DNA of 56,941 bases from Eubacteriales bacterium (GTDB taxonomy: Bacteria; Bacillota; Clostridia; Oscillospirales; CAG-272), in NCBI GenBank assembly GCA_045596925.1, contig JAZODH010000004.1, positions 1 to 56,941 on the forward strand. Direction: 5' to 3'. The notes beneath the pieces were generated by a model, which was given only the letters and a program-made list of their open reading frames with translations, did not search any database and had not been told where the DNA came from. A program made the translations under genes and the position numbers. Below, piece after piece: positions 7,575-16,958 of this stretch. Each line of letters begins with the position of its first letter. Within the stretch, counting starts at the first letter, position 1.

Positions 7575-8369
7575 TTATTTCTGCTCGATCCATGCGTGGT
7601 CGGGATCGCTGCTTCTGTTGAAGCCCTGATAGTCCCCGGCCATGAGCCACAGGAAATAGGTTTCGTAACCGGGGGTGGAGACTGTGGCGTGGTAGCCCTT
7701 GGGCAGCTCCACCAGTTCGTCGTTTTTCACCCGGTAGGTCTCATCGATCTCGCCATCGGCCGTGTACAGGCACTGGATGCCGAAACCCTGCTGGGGATTA
7801 TACAGGAAGTAGTAGATCTCTTCGGCGATGCACTCGGTGGGCATATTGTCTTCGTCGTGCTTGTGGGGCGGGAAACCGGCCCAGTTGCCCTCGGTGGGGT
7901 AGGATTCGCCGATGGTCAGCACCTTGGCGTTGGAGTTGGAGTCCACAAGGAAGCTGGTCTCTCTCTCGAAGGGCACTTTGCCCAGCAGCTTCAAAACCAC
8001 ATGGTCTTCTCTCAGGACCTGAGGCTCGGTCTTTTCGCTGACGGGAGTGGCACAGACGGCGATCTTCACATTGTCCAAAGCGGTGATGGTCAGGCTCTCT
8101 TCTCTGCCGAAGTAGAAGCACTCAGCCTTGCGGTTTTCAAAAACCGTCATACGGTTGCCGATGTTTTCCCACTTGGTGGTGCCAAAGGTAACGTTGCAGT
8201 GGCCTTCCAGCATAACAAAGGCGGTTTCCTTATCCTCGGTACAGAAATCCACAGAGGTGCCGGCCTTCAGCATGATGATGCCGAATTCCAGTTTCTTCAG
8301 GCTGCATTCGCCGATTTTGCAGATGGGGGTATAGCCCTGCTGGGGCTTATAGGCTTTCTTATAATTCAT
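7575..8369 (-). CDS. iolB: 5-deoxy-glucuronate isomerase (IolB/KduI cupin family)
   Basis: 264 aa. GNWAGFPPHKHDEDNMPTECIAEEIYYF...PQQGFGIQCLYTADGEIDETYRV...LPKGYHATVSTPGYETYFLWLMAG...DPDHAWI closely parallels B. subtilis IolB. Confidence 0.8.
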   Translation of the reverse strand: MNYKKAYKPQQGYTPICKIGECSLKKLEFGIIMLKAGTSVDFCTEDKETAFVMLEGHCNVTFGTTKWENIGNRMTVFENRKAECFYFGREESLTITALDNVKIAVCATPVSEKTEPQVLREDHVVLKLLGKVPFERETSFLVDSNSNAKVLTIGESYPTEGNWAGFPPHKHDEDNMPTECIAEEIYYFLYNPQQGFGIQCLYTADGEIDETYRVKNDELVELPKGYHATVSTPGYETYFLWLMAGDYQGFNRSSDPDHAWIEQK

Positions 8370-9273
8370 AACCGTTCTCCTTCAAGAATTTTTTCACCGT
8401 TTCAAAGTTGGGAACACTTTCTCTTGCGCCGACGCCGGTGCACTTGATGGCGGACACGGCGCTGGAGAAATAGCAGCAGGTCAAAAGGTCGAAGCCCTTG
8501 CAGATGCCTGCGGCAAAGGCACCGTGGAACACATCGCCGGAGCCGTTGGTATCCACTGCTTCCACCGGGAATACGGGATAGGTTTTCAGGTCTTTGCCGT
8601 CATAGCAGACGCCGCCCTTTTTGCCTTGGGTGACCACCACCACTTGGGGATGATAGGTATCAAACAGGGTTTTTGCGGCACTTTCTGCGTCCTTGCAGCC
8701 GGTATGACCCATGGCAAATTCCTCGGAGGGGATCATGATATCTGTGAGCTTCAGAAGTCTTTCATAGCCCTCGTAGAGGCCGCCGCAGTCGTAGAGGACC
8801 TTTGTTCCGTTTGCTTTTGCAACCAGACAAGCCTCCTCTGCGCCGTCCATCTCGTTTCCGTCAATCATAAGAACTTCAGCTTCCGCAACAGCCTTCTTCT
8901 GAGCCTCGTTTAAGTGAAGCGCAGGCAGATTTCCTTTATCAAAAACGCAAGTACGTGACTTTGCCTCGGTGCTGAGCCAAATAACGGACGTAAAAGAACG
9001 ATAACCGCTCTCTGTTACTATGTTAGAGGTATCAACGCCGTACTTTTCGAAGTCTGCACGGAGGAAATTACCGCCGTTATCGTCCGAAAGAACGCCGATA
9101 AATCCGGAAGATTCACCAAGCTTGGAGGCCGCAACGATACCCGATGCGGTAGGTCCTCCGCCGGCGATCTTGGAGCCACTTGCACGAAGCTTTGTGTCCT
9201 CCGGGGGATAATAAGGAACGGTGATGAGCGTATCCATTACGCAAGCACCTATTCCAACTATTTTTACACTCAT
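8359..9273 (-). CDS. PfkB-family sugar (phosphate) kinase
   Basis: 304 aa. It has a ribokinase-like N-terminal GG motif (IAGGGPTASG) and the C-terminal DTNGSGDVFHGAFA motif. Confidence 0.85.
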   Translation of the reverse strand: MSVKIVGIGACVMDTLITVPYYPPEDTKLRASGSKIAGGGPTASGIVAASKLGESSGFIGVLSDDNGGNFLRADFEKYGVDTSNIVTESGYRSFTSVIWLSTEAKSRTCVFDKGNLPALHLNEAQKKAVAEAEVLMIDGNEMDGAEEACLVAKANGTKVLYDCGGLYEGYERLLKLTDIMIPSEEFAMGHTGCKDAESAAKTLFDTYHPQVVVVTQGKKGGVCYDGKDLKTYPVFPVEAVDTNGSGDVFHGAFAAGICKGFDLLTCCYFSSAVSAIKCTGVGARESVPNFETVKKFLKENGYEL

Positions 9274-10112
9274 TTTGCCTGTCCTCTTGCACCAAGAAGG
9301 TCGATTTTGCCCGTGCAGAAGTTCTTAACGGAGGCGATAGGATCCTTCATGAACAGGTCGATAGCATAGCTTGCCGCAGGGTTGTCGAGCTGTGCTCTGA
9401 GACCGTCAAGGAGAGAGTAGCAAACATCCGTACCGAAGTTCATCTTTCTGATACCTGCTTTTACCGCAAGCTGGATCTGATCGTCGGGAATACCCGAGCC
9501 GCCATGAAGAACAAGAGGGGTCTGATTTGTTGCCGCATAGATCTCTTTGATTCTCTCGATGTCAATCTTGGGGGGCTTCTTGTATCTGCCGTGAGCGTTG
9601 CCAACAAGAACCGCGAGAGCTGCAACGCCTGTCTGCTCAACGAATTTAGCCGCATCCTCGGGAACTGTGAACTCGTCCATTCCGTCGTCGTTTACAGAGC
9701 CGATGTGACCAAGCTCACCCTCGACCTCAACACCGATCTCAGCGCAGGTGTCAACGATATGCTTTGTGAGAGCTACGTTCTTCTCGAAGGGGTGAACGGA
9801 ACCGTCAAGCATGATACCCGTGCATCCGCGGCGAAGTGCGATGGTAACTTCCTTTTCGGAAGGTCCGTGGTCAAGGTGGAAGCAGATCGGAACTGTTGCA
9901 AGTTCGGCCGCCCTTAAAACGATGGGCGAGAGGAACTTTGCTGTGTCCTCATTGAAAAGTCTGGGGTAAACCTGGAGGATAACGGGAGCCTGAGCTTCTT
10001 CTGCAGCATACATTGCGCCCATTACCGTTTCCATATTATATACGTTGAATGCAGGGATACAGAAGTTGCCCTTCTGCGCCATGTCAAGAACGTGCTTAAG
10101 TGAAACTAACAT
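9270..10112 (-). CDS. Class II ketose-bisphosphate aldolase (FBA / tagatose-bisphosphate / IolJ family)
   Basis: 280 aa. Motifs: IPAFNVYNMET, HLDHG, LVLHGGSGIPDDQI. Confidence 0.85.
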   Translation of the reverse strand: MLVSLKHVLDMAQKGNFCIPAFNVYNMETVMGAMYAAEEAQAPVILQVYPRLFNEDTAKFLSPIVLRAAELATVPICFHLDHGPSEKEVTIALRRGCTGIMLDGSVHPFEKNVALTKHIVDTCAEIGVEVEGELGHIGSVNDDGMDEFTVPEDAAKFVEQTGVAALAVLVGNAHGRYKKPPKIDIERIKEIYAATNQTPLVLHGGSGIPDDQIQLAVKAGIRKMNFGTDVCYSLLDGLRAQLDNPAASYAIDLFMKDPIASVKNFCTGKIDLLGARGQAK

Positions 10113-10139
10113 AATAGAAAATCCTTTCTGTATTTACGC

Positions 10140-10177
10140 CGCAAAACCAAGCCTCCCATACGGAACGCTTGGTTTTG
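10140..10177 (-). other. 12-bp hairpin between the Fe-S protein gene and the aldolase gene (possible internal attenuator or processing site)
   Basis: GCAAAACCAAGC at 10140-10151 pairs with GCTTGGTTTTGC at 10166-10177; the loop is 14 nt. Confidence 0.4.
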
Positions 10178-10190
10178 CTTAATTTATCTC

Positions 10191-11270
10191 TTAGCCGAGA
10201 ATAAGCTCCTCGAGAGAAATGATGGCAACCTCGTTCTGGTCTACCGACTTGAGAGCGGCATACTCGGAAACGGAAGCTGTAACGATAGTGTCAGCCTTAA
10301 CGCCCTTTGCGTTGAAGATTCTGCCGTCTGCTACCTTCTTGATAACCTCAGGCATCCACTGAGCCATGAGAATGTTACCTGCCCACATTGTATCCTTGCC
10401 GTGGCAGAGCATTTCGTTAAGAGTTGCATAAGCGGCAACGATCTTGCGAGGCTCCTCTGTTTCCTTGAGGTCACGAGCGAGCTGGAAGGGATCCTGGAAT
10501 ACAACAGCTTTGCCTGTGTTCTTAGCTGTCAGCTTACCTGCATCAAGAAGTCCTGCTACGAATGTTGTGAACGTCACAACGTCGCAAGCCAGCTCAACGC
10601 CCCATTCCTTGTACTCACGCTTGAATACCTTTGCGTCCTGGGGATCGAAGGTAACTACTGTCTTGTATGCGCCGATAACCTTAGCGCAAGCTGTCATCTG
10701 CTCCTTGGTCTCGTTTGCAGCGCTGATGAGATACTCAAGCTGCTGACCGGAAGCGGGCTCACCCTCGAGAACTGTGAACTCTACGCCTGCCTTCTCAAGA
10801 ACCTTGATTGCATTGATAGCAGCCGCGGGAACCTTATACATAGCGTCAACGCCAAGGAACAGAAGTGTATCTGTCTTGCCAGCGTGAGCGGCGATAGCAG
10901 CCTTAAGGTCTGCATCGATCTCTGTTGCGCCGTAAGCGTTGCCTGTAGCGAGGCAGTTGTCAACGAGAACGTTTATGTATTCGGGAAGCTTGCCCTCCAT
11001 TGCAGCGTCAAGTCTTGCTTCCTTTGTGAACATTACGGGGTCCCAGCCTGTTACGCAGTCCTTTGTGCAGGCACCGCAGCAAGCGCACTCGTAAATATTG
11101 TCAACGACCTCCTCGATACCGTATGCGCCACGGTTTACAAGGGAAAGACCGAGAGCTCTTGCTCTTGACGTATTTCTCTCAAGACCTGTTGCGTTTCCGA
11201 TGGGGCAAATATGACGGCACATCCAGCAGAAACGGCAGGCATCTATATGCTTTTTGCTATTCTCTGTCAT
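10191..11270 (-). CDS. (Fe-S)-binding protein, CCG/heterodisulfide-reductase-like (GlcF/GlpC-type partner of the FAD oxidase)
   Basis: 359 aa with two Cys clusters, CRFCWMCRHICP and CACCGACTKDC. Confidence 0.8.
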   Translation of the reverse strand: MTENSKKHIDACRFCWMCRHICPIGNATGLERNTSRARALGLSLVNRGAYGIEEVVDNIYECACCGACTKDCVTGWDPVMFTKEARLDAAMEGKLPEYINVLVDNCLATGNAYGATEIDADLKAAIAAHAGKTDTLLFLGVDAMYKVPAAAINAIKVLEKAGVEFTVLEGEPASGQQLEYLISAANETKEQMTACAKVIGAYKTVVTFDPQDAKVFKREYKEWGVELACDVVTFTTFVAGLLDAGKLTAKNTGKAVVFQDPFQLARDLKETEEPRKIVAAYATLNEMLCHGKDTMWAGNILMAQWMPEVIKKVADGRIFNAKGVKADTIVTASVSEYAALKSVDQNEVAIISLEELILG

Positions 11271-11293
11271 TGTTATATCCTCCTAATTCTAAA

Positions 11294-12724
11294 TTACAGA
11301 CCGAGCTTGAAGGGGTTCATGATACCATTGGGGTCAAGAGTCTTCTTGATGCCCTCGAATACCTGCATAGCGGGACCGTACTGTTCCTTCATGAGACGGC
11401 CGAGCTTAATACCAACACCGTGGTGGTCGTTAACGACACCGCCGTGAGCGATAGCTGTACGTACACCGCAGGTCCAGATAGCCTGGTGGAGACGGAGAGC
11501 CTCAACGGGATCCTGAGGAACGTCCTTGCCGTCAACGATAAAGCGGTCGTAAACCATTGCGCCCCACTCATACCAGTGAGAGAAGTGAGCAATGAACTTC
11601 GCCTGGGGGAAGTTGCTCTCGACAGCATTCTTCATTGCCCAGTAGATTTCCTCGATCTTACCGTAAGGAGCGATAGTATCCATCGTACCGAACATCTGGG
11701 GGAGGTCCATCATGTGACCGGGATAGAAGAACGTGATCTTCTCGTTCCACCACTTTTCACCGTACTCGCTGCCCATATCCTCAGCGCCGTACTTAGCGAA
11801 CGTATCGAGAAGGATCTTCTCTTCTACGTTAACCATAGCCGTATCGCCTTCGTAAGCTACGTTCATGAATGCACCGTCGCGCTCAACGCCGACGATCTTC
11901 TTGATAAGAGAAGCAGTTTCTGCGGGGTCGTAAAGTCTCATAACGGAGGGCTTGAACTTCTGGAGAAGCTCGCGAGCCGCCTTGAACGCTACGTTCATAT
12001 CCTTGAAAAGGAAGCCGCGGAAGCGTCTTTCCTCGGGCTGATCGTAGATTCTGATCTGAGCCTTTGTGATAATACCGAGAGTACCCTCGGAGCCGATAAA
12101 GATCTGGTTAAGATCGGGACCTGCAGCGTGCTTGGGAGCGGAGCAGGTGTTAATGATATCACCGTTGGGAAGAACTACCTCCATCTGGAGTACCATGTCG
12201 TCGATCTTACCGTACTTTGTGGAAACTACGCCGATACCTCTGTGAGCAAGGAAGCCGCCGACGGTGGAGCAAGTGAGAGAAGAAGGATAGTGCATCGTTG
12301 CCTTACCAACCTCGTTTGCCGCCCACTCGATGTGCTTATAGATAGCACCCGTGCCGCACTCGATGTACATAGCGTCTGTATTTACTTCATAGATCTTGTT
12401 CATTCTCTTTGTATCGATAACGATACCGCCGGCAACGGGAATAGCACCGCCCTGGGTTCCGCCGCCGCCACCCCATGTGGTTACGGGGATCTTGTAGTAG
12501 TTTGCGATCTTGAGGACCTTGGAGGTCTCCTGTGCATCCAGAGGAGCAACAACAAAGTCAGCCTGAGGCATTCTGCAGCCTCTGTCAGACCACATACGGG
12601 ACAGCCAGTAGTAGTCAACGCTGTGAGTCAGCTTGTCGATCTCTCTTGTGGAGCAGTTTTCTTTTCCGACAGCGTCTTCAAGCTCTGTCAGAATCATTGC
12701 ATCAAGAAATGCATTGGTCATCAT
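11294..12724 (-). CDS. FAD-binding oxidoreductase (GlcD / alkyl-DHAP-synthase-like FAD_binding_4 family)
   Basis: 476 aa. PVTTWGGGGGTQGGAIP is the FAD-binding motif, followed by a C-terminal FAD-oxidase domain (HHGVGIKLG). Confidence 0.85.
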   Translation of the reverse strand: MMTNAFLDAMILTELEDAVGKENCSTREIDKLTHSVDYYWLSRMWSDRGCRMPQADFVVAPLDAQETSKVLKIANYYKIPVTTWGGGGGTQGGAIPVAGGIVIDTKRMNKIYEVNTDAMYIECGTGAIYKHIEWAANEVGKATMHYPSSLTCSTVGGFLAHRGIGVVSTKYGKIDDMVLQMEVVLPNGDIINTCSAPKHAAGPDLNQIFIGSEGTLGIITKAQIRIYDQPEERRFRGFLFKDMNVAFKAARELLQKFKPSVMRLYDPAETASLIKKIVGVERDGAFMNVAYEGDTAMVNVEEKILLDTFAKYGAEDMGSEYGEKWWNEKITFFYPGHMMDLPQMFGTMDTIAPYGKIEEIYWAMKNAVESNFPQAKFIAHFSHWYEWGAMVYDRFIVDGKDVPQDPVEALRLHQAIWTCGVRTAIAHGGVVNDHHGVGIKLGRLMKEQYGPAMQVFEGIKKTLDPNGIMNPFKLGL

Positions 12725-12748
12725 GATAGGTTTTCTCCTTTATGTAAA

Positions 12749-14155
12749 TTATTTTTTATCAAGTGTCTTATCGATTGCCAGATTGGGGAAATACTTTGTG
12801 AACTCACGGAGCTCTGCTACGTAGTTGCCCTCGATCTCAACGAAGTGGTGAATGTAAGGACCGTCAAGCAGTCTGTCTTCCCAAGCCTGGAGGTCATCGA
12901 ACTCGCCCCACAGGTAAGTACCGTGTGTCTGAGGACCCTCGGTTGTATGGCAGGTGCCTGCCAAGATCATGTACTGACCGTTGTCCTGATCGATTCTTGC
13001 AACCGTGTACTCGCCGTCCTTTGCACGGAACCATTCTCTCTGATTTACAAGGCGAGCCTTGGAATCGGGAGCCTTAACGGAGAGCGGGAACGGACCGCAG
13101 TGCCAGAGAAGCTCTGCATTCTTGTTCTCGGGGTGACGAACGGTGAACTCACCAAGGAAAGGACGCGCTTTACCGAGTGATGCGCTATCAAGAAGGTTCA
13201 TTGTAAGCGCGCAGTGCATATCGCTCTCGCATGCCACGACGTAGCCCAGGTCATTGAGAACACCGTAAACCGCACAAGGAGCAAGGCCATCGCTCATAAT
13301 AGGAGTTGCTGTCCAGCACTCTGCGGAAATGATGTCAAGGTTGAATTCCTTGAAGATTCCGATATATGTAACAACGAGAGCAGCCATGCGCTCAAAATAG
13401 TTGGGGGTGAGGTCGTCGGACTCGTACTTGGTCTTGAACACTTCAACATACTTTGCGATCTCGTCCTTCTCGTTTTCAAGCACAGCGTTGAATCTCTGCT
13501 CGAACATTGCGAAGTTTACGGGAATGATCTTGATGCCAAAGCGGTTCATCAGCTCACCTTCGTTCCAGATTACCGAGAAGAAGGGCTGAGGACGTGCGCC
13601 CACCTGACCGACTCTGAGGCCCTTGAAGTTCTTTACCATGCATGCAACGCGAACGAACTTATCGAAGTTCGTCTTGAACTCGTCTGACTCAACGCGGCAG
13701 CAAGGGATATGGGAGAAAGGAATGTTGAATCTCTGGAACTGACGTGAAACACCGAACAGACCGCACTGGGAGTCGGTAGGTCTCATGCCGTCTACGTAGT
13801 ACTCATCGTCAAGAGGAGCCCAAAGGAGACAAGGAACGCCCATTTCCTTTGCAAGATCGGCAGCAGCCTCTTCGTTACCGAAGTTTGTGTTGATGATGAA
13901 GATAGCGTCAACCTTCTCTGCCTTGAAGCGTGCAACTACGTCGTTCTTGGAATCCTCATCGAACATAAGGTCGTTGCAGCCAAGACCTTTTGTGTCAACA
14001 AATTCTACGTTCTCGCTTGCGAAGTTCTTTTCAATATAGTCTACGAATCTGTGTCCTCTTTCCTCGGCAGATACCCATGTTAAGAAAGTTTTTGCAGGAC
14101 GATTGGTGGTGTTGCGTCGCATTGGAGCAAGACCGATTTTAATTTTGTAGTCCAT
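12749..14155 (-). CDS. L-fucose/L-arabinose isomerase family protein
   Basis: 468 aa. The length and layout fit the family: an N-terminal Rossmann-like region followed by a C-terminal isomerase domain. Assignment is from recalled similarity only. Confidence 0.7.
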   Translation of the reverse strand: MDYKIKIGLAPMRRNTTNRPAKTFLTWVSAEERGHRFVDYIEKNFASENVEFVDTKGLGCNDLMFDEDSKNDVVARFKAEKVDAIFIINTNFGNEEAAADLAKEMGVPCLLWAPLDDEYYVDGMRPTDSQCGLFGVSRQFQRFNIPFSHIPCCRVESDEFKTNFDKFVRVACMVKNFKGLRVGQVGARPQPFFSVIWNEGELMNRFGIKIIPVNFAMFEQRFNAVLENEKDEIAKYVEVFKTKYESDDLTPNYFERMAALVVTYIGIFKEFNLDIISAECWTATPIMSDGLAPCAVYGVLNDLGYVVACESDMHCALTMNLLDSASLGKARPFLGEFTVRHPENKNAELLWHCGPFPLSVKAPDSKARLVNQREWFRAKDGEYTVARIDQDNGQYMILAGTCHTTEGPQTHGTYLWGEFDDLQAWEDRLLDGPYIHHFVEIEGNYVAELREFTKYFPNLAIDKTLDKK

Positions 14156-14353
14156 TTTTTCAAAACCCCTTTATTTTTTAAAAATTCTGTGTTATAATAC
14201 AGGAAAGACCTGCGAAAGCAGGACAAAATTCCCTATCATGATACATTATACTACAAAAATGAGATAAGTCAATAGGAAAGTGAAAATTTTTTTCACTTTT
14301 TTCAAAAGACACAAGATATTACGGATAAAATAAATAATTTTTGGAGCAATTTC

Positions 14354-15193
14354 ATGAAATCTATTATTTTAAAGATCAAATCCCAGTACAAGGAGTTCGG
14401 TCCCGCCGAAAAGCTTATCGCAGAAAAGCTCATCGACTCCCCTTCCTCGATCCTGTCGGACAGTATTACCGAGTTTGCAAAATCCGTGGGATGCGGTGAT
14501 GCCACTGTGGTTCGTTTTTCAAGAAAGCTCGGACTTGACGGCTACCAGGCGCTGAAGATCGCCGTTGCAAGCGAGGTCTCAACCTCATCCAGAATGCCCG
14601 AGAAGATAACCTTAAAGGATTCCTGCTTTGAGATCTTCACAAAGAGAATAAACGACATTGAATCCGCGCTGGAGCTTACTCGCTCGGTGCTCAGCGCAGA
14701 GGAGCTGGAAAAGGCGGCTCAGTCTATAATGAACGCAAAGCGCATCGTTGTTTTCGGTCTCGGAAACTCTGCCTCCGTGGCAAATGATGCTCAGCACAAG
14801 TTCCTGCGTCTTGGTCTCAACGCTACCGCCTGCTCGGACAATCATATGCAGTCAATCATCGCCAGCCACCTGGACGAGGAATGCGTTGCCATCGGAATTT
14901 CTCACTCGGGTCAGTCCGAGGATATCGTGGAATCCATGAAGCTCGCAAAGCTCAACGGAGCCACAACGATCTGTGTCACAAATCACGGCGAATCACCCCT
15001 GAAAAATATTTCCGATATCCGTCTTTTCACGAAATCCGACGAAACAAAACATACGATTCTCGCAATGAGCTCAAGAATCGCCCAGCTGACGATTTTTGAC
15101 GCAATTTATACTTATATTATAGCAAACGACTACGACAACTCGGTAAAAGCGATCAAAAATACCGAATCCGCACTCAAGGACAAAAAGCTGTAA
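14354..15193 (+). CDS. MurR/RpiR-family transcriptional regulator (HTH + SIS domain)
   Basis: 279 aa. It has an N-terminal HTH_6-like region and a SIS domain (VVFGLGNSASVANDAQHKF...GISHSGQSEDIV). It is divergent from the sugar operon. Confidence 0.9.
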   Translation: MKSIILKIKSQYKEFGPAEKLIAEKLIDSPSSILSDSITEFAKSVGCGDATVVRFSRKLGLDGYQALKIAVASEVSTSSRMPEKITLKDSCFEIFTKRINDIESALELTRSVLSAEELEKAAQSIMNAKRIVVFGLGNSASVANDAQHKFLRLGLNATACSDNHMQSIIASHLDEECVAIGISHSGQSEDIVESMKLAKLNGATTICVTNHGESPLKNISDIRLFTKSDETKHTILAMSSRIAQLTIFDAIYTYIIANDYDNSVKAIKNTESALKDKKL

Positions 15194-15195
15194 AA

Positions 15196-15228
15196 GAAAA
15201 GGAAGTGCGCATCTGCACTTCCCTTTTC
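15196..15228. terminator. Bidirectional terminator hairpin between convergent genes
   Basis: GGAAGTGC-GCATCT-GCACTTCC flanked by A and T runs. Confidence 0.6.
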
Positions 15229-15229
15229 A

Positions 15230-15805
15230 TTATTCAAGCTTGTCCTTTGTGGGTTTAAATTCAACTATTCCGTTTACAGCAAGGTAATACGTAATACCGC
15301 ATACGATGATCGACGGCAGGGTGATAACAAAGAAGCTCAAGGGCATCATGCCCAGCTTCGTGCCGTTGACGGGAATAGCGAGAATACCCAGATATTCTCC
15401 GTAGATCAGCTTCATTGTGATATTCGCAAACGCCGCAATGCCGCCCGTGGCTTCAAAAAGTCCGAAAACGGCGTACATGACGGCAAGCACAAGATTGGGT
15501 ATGTTTGCCGCAAGACCCATGAGGAATCCCGTAAAATTGTTCTTGGGGAATCTTCCCAGACTTATCTTTTCCCTGTCCTCAACACCGCAACGGAACGCGA
15601 TCTGTCCTGCCATAACCAGGAAAAATATCACGGCGCAAACGCTGACCGCCACGGTCAACGGCTGTATCTTGTTGGGATCGGCATCACTTTGAGCCTTCCC
15701 TACTGATATCGCCAACGCAAGACCGAAAACGGCAATCGCGATCTGATCCACGAAAATCTTAACGCAGTGATATGAATAATTGCTGAAAAACTTTTTAATT
15801 GACAT
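15230..15805 (-). CDS. Hypothetical integral membrane protein (about 191 aa)
   Basis: Multiple hydrophobic segments. The start at MSIKKFF (15805) is preceded by GGAGAA; the longer ORF to 15928 has no RBS and would overlap the recombinase gene. Confidence 0.5.
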   Translation of the reverse strand: MSIKKFFSNYSYHCVKIFVDQIAIAVFGLALAISVGKAQSDADPNKIQPLTVAVSVCAVIFFLVMAGQIAFRCGVEDREKISLGRFPKNNFTGFLMGLAANIPNLVLAVMYAVFGLFEATGGIAAFANITMKLIYGEYLGILAIPVNGTKLGMMPLSFFVITLPSIIVCGITYYLAVNGIVEFKPTKDKLE

Positions 15806-15904
15806 GATTTCTCCATTCTGCCCTCGGGCGAAGAACATTATATAACATTTTCCCAATTTATGCAACAGAAGAACAAAAAAGTTTACATTTGGAGGTGAAT
15901 ATGA

Positions 15905-16927
15905 TTGATAAAAGAGCTTGAAATGCAAAATCTGCCGACCCCGCTGCGGGATTTTGCCGCGTACAAGGGCGGCATTCAGGGTTGTTCTCCCAAGACCGTA
16001 TCCGAATATCTTTTTGACCTCCGAACCTTCTTCAAATACATAATCGCCACCCGAAACGGTATTTCCACCGAATCGGAAGAATTTGAAAAAATCAGTATAT
16101 CGTCCGTTGATATGGAATTGATCGCCTCGATCACCACGGCGGAGATAATGATGTTCCTTATGTATGCGGGTGACAAGCGCACAAACGCGTGGAGCGCAAA
16201 AGCACGCAAGCTCAGCGCTATTAAGGGCTTCTACAAATATTATGTAAACAAAAGTAAGATGCTCAAAGAAAATCCTGCAATAGATATCGAATCCCCCAAG
16301 CCCAAAAAGACACTTCCAAAGGTTCTTTCTCTTCAGGAAAGCATCTTATTGCTCGAAGCGGTCAAAAATGACACAAATTCAAAAAACACCGTCCGCGACT
16401 ACTGCATAATTACCCTTTTCCTGAACTGCGGAATGCGTCTCTCGGAGCTGGCAGGAATCAAACTCGGTGACATCGACTCAGAGCTTCGCTCGGTGAGGAT
16501 CACCGGCAAAGGAAGCAAACAAAGGATCGTTTATTTCAACCAAGCCTGTCAGTCGGCACTTTCGGATTACTTGAAGATCAGGCTCACAGAAGAACTTTTA
16601 AAGCTCGACATCAAGCATCTTTTCCTCAGTGGGCGGGGACGCAACGCGCCAATCAGCGTAAAGACCATTGAATGGATGGTCACAAAATACCTGGGGCTTG
16701 CAGGTCTTGAAAACCGAGGTTATTCGGTGCACAAGCTGAGGCACACCGCCGCCACCTTAATGTACCAATCGGGCAACGTGGACGTCAGAACCATAAAGGA
16801 CATTCTCGGTCACGAGCAGTTAAATACAACACAGATCTACACCCATGTCAGCAACAAAAACATGGAGGATGCAATGGCCTGCAATCCTTTGGCAAACATT
16901 AAGACCGAGCCCAAAGACGATCAATAA
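15905..16927 (+). CDS. Tyrosine site-specific recombinase, XerC/XerD family
   Basis: C-terminal catalytic motifs HKLRHTAATLMY and LGHEQLNTTQIYTHV, plus an N-terminal SAM-like domain. GGAGG lies 9 nt upstream of the TTG start; an alternative ATG is at 15923. Confidence 0.85.
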   Translation: MIKELEMQNLPTPLRDFAAYKGGIQGCSPKTVSEYLFDLRTFFKYIIATRNGISTESEEFEKISISSVDMELIASITTAEIMMFLMYAGDKRTNAWSAKARKLSAIKGFYKYYVNKSKMLKENPAIDIESPKPKKTLPKVLSLQESILLLEAVKNDTNSKNTVRDYCIITLFLNCGMRLSELAGIKLGDIDSELRSVRITGKGSKQRIVYFNQACQSALSDYLKIRLTEELLKLDIKHLFLSGRGRNAPISVKTIEWMVTKYLGLAGLENRGYSVHKLRHTAATLMYQSGNVDVRTIKDILGHEQLNTTQIYTHVSNKNMEDAMACNPLANIKTEPKDDQ

Positions 16928-16928
16928 A

Positions 16929-16958
16929 CAAAGCCGTGCGTTTTTCGCACGGCTTTGT
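16929..16958. terminator. Bidirectional terminator hairpin
   Basis: CAAAGCCGTGCG-TTTTT-CGCACGGCTTTG between the convergent recombinase and MATE genes. Confidence 0.65.

Noticed and set aside
15891-15925. Six-codon mini-ORF (ATG at 15901, MIDKRA*) between the GGAGG and the ATG at 15923 of the recombinase gene, as a possible leader peptide
   Set aside because: The in-frame TTG at 15905 is 9 nt from the same GGAGG, which explains the arrangement more simply. There is no evidence for regulation by a leader peptide.
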